Virus record (IMG/VR): IMGVR_UViG_3300047160_000733
Direction: 5' to 3' (one strand)
Origin: a virus
DNA length: 64,000 nt
Part shown: positions 58,398-64,000 of the stretch, one piece after another
How the letters are laid out: each line of letters begins with the position of its first letter
Position numbering within the stretch: position 1 is the first letter of the stretch
Made by a program: the position numbers and the translations under genes
Notes under the pieces: model-generated
What the model was told of the DNA's origin: nothing
Databases searched by the model: none
The model's input: the letters and a program-made list of their open reading frames with translations, nothing else

Positions 58398-59897
58398 TTA
58401 AATTATCTGACTGTAGGTTATATTGTCTGCTGACAAGTTGAAAAGCTGAGTGGTGGCTGGCTTAACATCATTACTTGTGTAAGATGTATCAGGCTGACCA
58501 ACATTCTTAACTTCCACAATCACTTTCGTGAAACGATCTGGACGGATGGTCGAGCTAACAACGGCCCCGAGTTGATGGTTGTATAACGTAGCTGCGATAC
58601 TGCCACCGTTAACCATAGCAACCAGAGCATTATTAATCTCCGTTTCCTCCACGATAGAGACAGGCCTTCCTTGATATTTGACACGTACCGCAATATTGCG
58701 TTGCTCTGCTTTTGTGTGGTACACAGTTTCAATTTGGTCATCCTCTGTGGTTATATCGGTGAATACGGCACCATAGGTTACGTTGCTTAAAGCTATGGTT
58801 TCGTAGAGGGCCTTGTTGATCTCATCAGTATCACCACCATATACCACAGTCATAAACTTGTAAGGCGGGATCCCCAGTGAATTGGTCTTATCGGTATTGT
58901 TAGCGAAGATCTTAACCTTCTCAACACCCTCAACCGTATTCAGTAATCTTGAGAGGATCGCTGGGCGTGTGGCTGCGTTAGCATTACTTATTGTACTGGC
59001 GGCACGCACACGATAGGCGTTATCACTCTCAACATCTGAGCCATCAGCGAAGGCTTTAATGTTTGTCAATGATACAAAGCCAGAAGGTGTTGGGGACATA
59101 GAGGTAATTGAACCCTCTCCACGTGCTAAATCTCCTGCCTCTGTGGCTCGTAGCCCCATGTCGATTGTCTTGTCACCTACAAGAGGTGATGTTCGAAAAT
59201 CAACTCGGGTAGACAGACCTATTAACCTCTTACTTGTATCATAACCAATCCAGAGCTGACCTGCGGCACTATCAATAAAGATCCTTGCGTCATTAGTTTG
59301 AATTGTATTCTCTACAATAAATCTCTTAATGTCACTGAAGAATTTATTAAGTGGTGCAGAGTTTGGAGTGGTATTAGTTAGATTAAGGGTTAAGTTCTTT
59401 GTTGTTCTGTCACTGGTATTCTGGATCGTAAATCTGTATTCCCCAACTCTTAAATCTCGCGACAAGATAGAATGGGCAATAATATTACCAGCTACCTGAA
59501 CATCCTTCGTTAATTCAAAATTACCCGCATCAATATCCCAAGCAGCAACAGAATAAATCATGTTGTATGGGACTGACGCATTAAGTGTCATTTGAGCTGT
59601 GCCTGTAGAACGTGTTTTACCACGACGATAGACACCACGCTTAGCAAAGAGGTCATCGAGGTACATACCTTCAGCACCTGCCTGTGTCTGAGCCTGATAC
59701 ACCCCGCCACCTAATAACCAAAGCTCATACTCTCGCTCTGCAAATACAGAGATAAACTTATCTAGAGCGGAGTTGGAAGCAGTGTTCATTTTTGGGCCAA
59801 GTATCTCTTTTATAGACACTTTTATCTCTTCACGTAGGTCTTCCATTCCGGGTCTAATGTACCCGTTTGGAGTTAATCCGTACTTTCTGCTTGCCAT
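58398..59897 (-). CDS. baseplate J-like protein (P2 gpJ / Mu gp47 position)
   Basis: 499 aa. Follows the W/gp25-like gene. Assigned by size and synteny. Confidence 0.6.
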   Translation of the reverse strand: MASRKYGLTPNGYIRPGMEDLREEIKVSIKEILGPKMNTASNSALDKFISVFAEREYELWLLGGGVYQAQTQAGAEGMYLDDLFAKRGVYRRGKTRSTGTAQMTLNASVPYNMIYSVAAWDIDAGNFELTKDVQVAGNIIAHSILSRDLRVGEYRFTIQNTSDRTTKNLTLNLTNTTPNSAPLNKFFSDIKRFIVENTIQTNDARIFIDSAAGQLWIGYDTSKRLIGLSTRVDFRTSPLVGDKTIDMGLRATEAGDLARGEGSITSMSPTPSGFVSLTNIKAFADGSDVESDNAYRVRAASTISNANAATRPAILSRLLNTVEGVEKVKIFANNTDKTNSLGIPPYKFMTVVYGGDTDEINKALYETIALSNVTYGAVFTDITTEDDQIETVYHTKAEQRNIAVRVKYQGRPVSIVEETEINNALVAMVNGGSIAATLYNHQLGAVVSSTIRPDRFTKVIVEVKNVGQPDTSYTSNDVKPATTQLFNLSADNITYSQII

Positions 59898-59930
59898 TAT
59901 TCCTCCGAGCAGATATCCAACGATGAGATA

Positions 59931-59939
59931 ATTTTACCA
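59931..59939 (-). promoter_or_regulatory. possible extended -10 promoter
   Basis: Minus strand TGgTAAAAT, identical to the 9-mer at 39505-39513. Located just after terminator 59953-59982. Confidence 0.4.
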
Positions 59940-59952
59940 CAATACCTCCCGA

Positions 59953-59982
59953 TTGAAAAGAAAAAGGCCGCATAAGCGGCCT
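59953..59982 (-). terminator. rho-independent terminator
   Basis: Minus RNA AGGCCGC-TTAT-GCGGCCT followed by TTTTTCTTTT. Confidence 0.75.
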
Positions 59983-59990
59983 ATAGTCAA

Positions 59991-60521
59991 TTACTTAACC
60001 CATTTGTTATGCCACGTCACATCACCGAACGTTGGCAGTCTAAAGTTAATTAAATAGTAGAGTTTATTAGCGTAAGTGATCCACCCATCATCACCACACA
60101 TAGAGGCACCTTGATCGTTAGGTGTAGGGTAAGAGAACTCATTTGATCCGACAAAGGCTAATGATAATTCCTCTCCCTCGGTAGTGAGAACTGTGAAATA
60201 ACATTCGTATGTACGACTAGTCTTATTCATCTTAGAAGTGAAGTCTGTTATCGCCACAACGTCTGGTTCCAATCGTGTATGTTCTTTTATTTTATTATCA
60301 AGAACAGTTTTAGCTACACGCTTTGAAATATAAGTTCTGTATGGGAATCCAAAAGTTTCATCAAAATACCAGTCGCCTTGCCAAATATTAAAACGGAAGT
60401 ATAATCGTTGACGCAGGGAATTAAGATTGTCCTCAATGAAGTTAAGTTCTCCATTAGAGAAATCTAAGTCACCAGTAACAGGGTCTAGGGCCATGTCCTG
60501 ATAGAGGGTGGTTACAGCCAT
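59991..60521 (-). CDS. baseplate wedge subunit (gp25/W/XkdS-like)
   Basis: 176 aa. DPVTGDLDFSNGELNFIEDNLNSLRQRLYFRFNIWQGDWYFDETFGFP fits small wedge-protein families. Lies between the spike and J-like genes. Confidence 0.55.
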   Translation of the reverse strand: MAVTTLYQDMALDPVTGDLDFSNGELNFIEDNLNSLRQRLYFRFNIWQGDWYFDETFGFPYRTYISKRVAKTVLDNKIKEHTRLEPDVVAITDFTSKMNKTSRTYECYFTVLTTEGEELSLAFVGSNEFSYPTPNDQGASMCGDDGWITYANKLYYLINFRLPTFGDVTWHNKWVK

Positions 60522-60530
60522 GAGAACTCC

Positions 60531-61223
60531 TTAGTTTGGTTTGTTGGTGTTGCTTCCGCCGGACTCTACACCGCCGTGGGTATGGAGGAGATAAGTCTCA
60601 AAGAAGCTATCGAGGTCAACACCCTTCTTTGTTATGATCCTACCGTCTGGAGTGATCTTTGCGCCGTTGGCATCAACCAGTCCACTAGTCTCCATTTTGA
60701 ACGTGCCGCCCCCATTCTTCATGGTGCTTGAACCATCCTCAAGCATTTGGAAGGATGACTTAGGAGTCTCAATAATAATGGAACCTTCGGGGGATAATGA
60801 GATCTTGACTTTATCGTTCTCAAGGACTACCTTATCAGGGTCGATAGGTTTAGCGTTTTCTGGTGTGTAGATCTCAGTGACAGCGAAACCTGCGAACAAT
60901 CCATGAGTGCTTTGGTCGGAAGAGTTATCTTCGTTTCTCTCTGAGAAGTTAATGCCAACCATATCACCAACCTTGATCGGCATGGTTAGGCGAGCCTTTC
61001 CTCCATTAGCTGACGGTAGTTGTACCGGAACATTAAAGATGGTAGGGTATCCGTCTTCAGTGCCGTCAGAAAGGACTGTCTTAGCCATAGGTTGAACGTC
61101 AACCGTAGGTCCTGAGTAATCTACACCTACAACCTTGCCACGTAGTGAGGTATGCATGTTGTCTCGCATCCATCTACGCAGAAAGATGCCGAAAGCGGCA
61201 TCAAATCTCTGCACAGCTGCCAT
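60531..61223 (-). CDS. baseplate central spike / plug protein (Gp138_N / gpV-like OB domain)
   Basis: GKVVGVDYSGPTVDVQPMAKTVLSDGT...FNVPVQLPSANGGKARLTMPIKVGDMVGINFSERN matches the OB-fold spike N-domain pattern (recollection). Confidence 0.6.
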   Translation of the reverse strand: MAAVQRFDAAFGIFLRRWMRDNMHTSLRGKVVGVDYSGPTVDVQPMAKTVLSDGTEDGYPTIFNVPVQLPSANGGKARLTMPIKVGDMVGINFSERNEDNSSDQSTHGLFAGFAVTEIYTPENAKPIDPDKVVLENDKVKISLSPEGSIIIETPKSSFQMLEDGSSTMKNGGGTFKMETSGLVDANGAKITPDGRIITKKGVDLDSFFETYLLHTHGGVESGGSNTNKPN

Positions 61224-61231
61224 ATAATCTC

Positions 61232-62224
61232 CTATTCAATAAGTTTGCCACGTACCTCTGAAACACCCATCACTGTCTCCCAGTCTCCAGTCAAGTCACC
61301 TTTGTGAGTAAGATAAATCACCTTGTAGAATCCCGTGTATTCTTTACTCTTGAGGTAGATTGAACTTTCAGGTAGGATTGAACCGTTCAAAAGGCTGGTT
61401 ACTTCCATACCCGCATCCTCTCGGATCTCTGCGGAAGTTGGAACGTGAGGTTTAGCCGGAGTCTTTTTACCAGCTCTCTTAGCTAGACGCTTACGGGCGG
61501 GCTCAGGGTTCTTAGGGACGGGGGATCCTTTCATACCAGTATCTTCACTGATCTCAGCAATGGCATCTTTAAATCGAGAGCCTACTTTGGTCCAATAAAC
61601 AGCGCCGTCCTGAACAGAGAATGTTGAATTGGTGTTTCTAGCTAAAGTATCTAGACTCTGTGATGCTGTACCGGAGAAGGCCATAGAATGTTGAATTACC
61701 TCTCCCTTGCCGAATGGAACAACGCGCCCCTTTGGTAATTTAAGGTCGGTAATCAGGTCATTAACTATGGAGTCAACCGGAGTCCCCTTCTTATATGAAC
61801 GGGTTGAGCGGCTTGTGGTAAGATTCAGTGTACCATCACCAAGAATGAACTTAGTTTTTCTCGTAGGGCCATCCCACGTGTTCTCCATGAACTCAACTGT
61901 GCCGGAGAAGATTAGCATGTTCTGGTTGTTATACCCAGCATAGAGCATAACAGCCAAAGACTCACGTTGGTTAGCATCGAGATAGTTAACGGTGTCATCG
62001 GAGAGGTTGCATACGGTAACATACCCCTTATTAGGTTCCTTGGAGTTATCTTTCTTAACCTCAAACTGAATGTTGAGGTCTTCCCTAGAACCATCACCAA
62101 CGATACGGTAGGATTGACCACCTTTATTGGTAGGGGTATACTTGTCGATATTGGTTGGCTTCTCCCCTATGTAAACAGGTCTGCCGATCACCAACTCATA
62201 GGTCCTAAAGGTGGTCTGTGCCAT
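61232..62224 (-). CDS. baseplate hub protein candidate (Mu gp44 / P2 gpD position)
   Basis: 330 aa immediately upstream of the spike gene. Assigned by synteny only. Confidence 0.45.
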   Translation of the reverse strand: MAQTTFRTYELVIGRPVYIGEKPTNIDKYTPTNKGGQSYRIVGDGSREDLNIQFEVKKDNSKEPNKGYVTVCNLSDDTVNYLDANQRESLAVMLYAGYNNQNMLIFSGTVEFMENTWDGPTRKTKFILGDGTLNLTTSRSTRSYKKGTPVDSIVNDLITDLKLPKGRVVPFGKGEVIQHSMAFSGTASQSLDTLARNTNSTFSVQDGAVYWTKVGSRFKDAIAEISEDTGMKGSPVPKNPEPARKRLAKRAGKKTPAKPHVPTSAEIREDAGMEVTSLLNGSILPESSIYLKSKEYTGFYKVIYLTHKGDLTGDWETVMGVSEVRGKLIE

Positions 62225-62583
62225 TAATCTATCTCCTCAACGTCGTCTTCGTTTGATGCATATGTCATTTGAATCTCAGAAAGGATCCCGATATTGTATC
62301 GGCTAGGTCTTGCATCCCAATTCTGAGGGCCCGTGAACATACACAAGTTTCCTTTCGGTATGTTTTCCATGTATCGGTAAGGGGCCAGTAAGTCAACATA
62401 CGGCATAAGTTTCATAGTCACCGTAGGATCAGTACCAACATCACCAATATGGAAGATCCACGACTCATCTCGATCATTCCACTGGAACCTAACTTCATAT
62501 GTCACACTATCAAGAACAATGCGGAAGCTTTGATCAGGATAGCCGTCAATAGAGAAGTCAAAAGTCCTTACAAATTGAGCCAT
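62224..62583 (-). CDS. hypothetical tail/baseplate protein
   Basis: 119 aa, start/stop coupled on both sides. Confidence 0.6.
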   Translation of the reverse strand: MAQFVRTFDFSIDGYPDQSFRIVLDSVTYEVRFQWNDRDESWIFHIGDVGTDPTVTMKLMPYVDLLAPYRYMENIPKGNLCMFTGPQNWDARPSRYNIGILSEIQMTYASNEDDVEEID

Positions 62584-63410
62584 TATTTACCCCCAAGTGA
62601 GTTAGGGTTGAATCCGGTAGGTCCTGCCTGATTAGGTCGGTAGATGTAGGAACCATCCGAGTAGTGGGTTGCAGATGTGTTACCAGTCATCCCCTCAAAC
62701 CATCCCTGATATGTCTTACCTGCCTTACCTAAAAATCGGGATGTTTTCTTACCCTTATTGGCATCATCAACCGCTCCGCCCTCCGCTGTCTGCTTGGCAC
62801 CTTTCTGGGCGTTACCCGCCTTCTTAGGATCAGCTGTTGCTGCCAGAACTGTCTTACCAATATCTCGCAGTCTGAATTCAGACATAGTGAAGTCAAACAC
62901 CAATGCACCACCCTCTTGGGTGGTTCTCTGGGCATCTATCTTTGTGAAGACGTAGTTCTCTAGGATGTTGTCTTCAGTGACAAGAGTGACCATCTGACGT
63001 TTTTCCAAGATCTCTTTAAGGATCTCAAGAGCTTTTGCTGGACGCTTAGACTCTTTTGGATTTCCGTAGTCGGTATCCTTGTCGATATAGTTCTTATCGT
63101 TCATGATGAAAGGAGAATCAGTGACTCTGGCACTGAAACTGAATTCACCATCGTTTATGACCATGTGATCCGATGCTTTAGCTTTTGACTCGATTGCATA
63201 ATCTGTCTTATCAGCTGACAAGCTATAACGGTGATCTTCAACAACGTCAAAAAGGATTAAGAGATCGTCCACAGTATTCTTGCTGTCGGCAATACTCTTA
63301 CGTCCGCCGTTCACAAGACCTGATACGATCAGCGTATACTCTTTCTTATTGTCCTGTACTTGTTTCGCAGAATCAATCTTCGAATCAGGATTAGGTATTG
63401 ACTTAGCCAT
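62583..63410 (-). CDS. hypothetical tail-tip/baseplate assembly protein
   Basis: 275 aa, first gene after the tape-measure terminator/promoter. GGAGG RBS. Confidence 0.6.
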   Translation of the reverse strand: MAKSIPNPDSKIDSAKQVQDNKKEYTLIVSGLVNGGRKSIADSKNTVDDLLILFDVVEDHRYSLSADKTDYAIESKAKASDHMVINDGEFSFSARVTDSPFIMNDKNYIDKDTDYGNPKESKRPAKALEILKEILEKRQMVTLVTEDNILENYVFTKIDAQRTTQEGGALVFDFTMSEFRLRDIGKTVLAATADPKKAGNAQKGAKQTAEGGAVDDANKGKKTSRFLGKAGKTYQGWFEGMTGNTSATHYSDGSYIYRPNQAGPTGFNPNSLGGK

Positions 63411-63425
63411 TTAACCTCCTCTGGG

Positions 63426-63453
63426 ATTATAAAAGTTTATCATAATCCAGTAA
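63426..63453 (-). promoter_or_regulatory. sigma70-like promoter of the baseplate operon
   Basis: Minus strand TTACTG-N16-TATAAT. Confidence 0.45.
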
Positions 63454-63461
63454 GTTACTCA

Positions 63462-63488
63462 ATACAAAAACAGGGGCCGAAGCCCCTG
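63462..63488 (-). terminator. rho-independent terminator
   Basis: Minus RNA CAGGGGC-TTCG-GCCCCTG followed by TTTTTGTATT. Confidence 0.8.
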
Positions 63489-63491
63489 TGA

Positions 63492-64000
63492 TTATGGAGT
63501 GTTGCCACCCTGCATCAGCATGTTAATATTGAACATGTTGTTCTGGTCTACCGTAGCCTGAACCATATTCTGCAACTCACCTGCGTCGATCTTGATAGTC
63601 ATTGCTGCTTCGACTTCTTGAACTGGCAAACGAGCTGGGAATGGGTTGGTAGGTGCCTGACTTACAGGTCCTAATCCATTTGACTGAAGGTAGTCAAGAC
63701 GACGAGTATCTTTCTTCTGTGACTCTCCATTCCACCAATCAGCGATCCCGCTACCGACATCACCAAGTGTGGTATTCTTAGCCCACTGTCCGAAAGATGT
63801 ATCCCCGATTGCAGCATCCGCAACACTGTCAGCTACATCGTACATGAATGCAACTTTCAATGCCTTACCTGCTGCTCCCATAGCGGTCAGCTTAGTTTTA
63901 CCTGCGCCACCTCCCTTACCACCTTTCCCATCACCGCCTGCTCCTACTGCGCCGCCGATACTTGTCGCATCTTTAACAATCTTCAATGCGCCAGCAAGAC
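63492..64000 (-). CDS. C-terminal part of a probable tape-measure protein (5' end outside window)
   Basis: Frame stays open to the window edge. Gly-rich segment GGAVGAGGDGKGGKGGGAGK. Lies immediately upstream of the baseplate module. Confidence 0.45.
   Translation of the reverse strand, partial: LAGALKIVKDATSIGGAVGAGGDGKGGKGGGAGKTKLTAMGAAGKALKVAFMYDVADSVADAAIGDTSFGQWAKNTTLGDVGSGIADWWNGESQKKDTRRLDYLQSNGLGPVSQAPTNPFPARLPVQEVEAAMTIKIDAGELQNMVQATVDQNNMFNINMLMQGGNTP

Noticed and set aside
1-64000. Lysogeny module or prophage boundaries
   Set aside because: No integrase, CI/Cro-type switch, att-like repeats or host genes were seen. The organisation is that of a contiguous virulent-phage genome segment.

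Overview
Internal 64-kb segment of a large, apparently virulent tailed phage. It has a contractile-tail (Mu/P2-like) baseplate gene set. No integrase, repressor module, capsid or terminase genes lie inside the window. All functional calls come from motifs read by eye in the supplied translations; no similarity search was run.

Three transcription blocks:
(i) 1-14,404, leftward. About 35 small early-type genes behind repeated near-consensus sigma70 promoters. The block ends with an HD (SpoT-like) hydrolase, a MoxR-type AAA+ ATPase and a VWA/metallopeptidase protein.
(ii) 14,464-49,067, rightward, about 75 genes. These include a Sec-signal SleB-type endolysin plus a holin-like gene, a PIF1/Dda-like helicase, a family-A DNA polymerase, MazG and an SSB-like protein. 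The TOPRIM-primase/DnaB-like helicase gene is interrupted, inside its Walker A codons, by a group I intron carrying an HNH homing endonuclease. Many ORFans remain.
(iii) 49,132-64,000, leftward. Tail fibres, a fibre assembly protein, three small membrane proteins and the baseplate module, up to the 3' end of a probable tape-measure gene.

Most unusual and unexplained:
(a) A terminator-bounded unit (39.5-43.4 kb) holds three tandem copies of a two-gene cassette: a micro-ORF starting MW(I/N)(T/M)LL, translationally coupled to a roughly 365-aa jelly-roll-like paralogue.
(b) An ORF-free 0.85-kb locus (5.95-6.8 kb) has its own outward-facing promoter, a GC-rich structured segment, a Fur-box-like palindrome and three bipartite repeats with an exactly conserved 31-nt core spacing.
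(c) Both the helicase and the SSB-like protein end in a host-SSB-like DFDDD(I/V)PF tip.
(d) GATC density is strongly heterogeneous along the window.

No tRNA, rRNA or CRISPR array was found.
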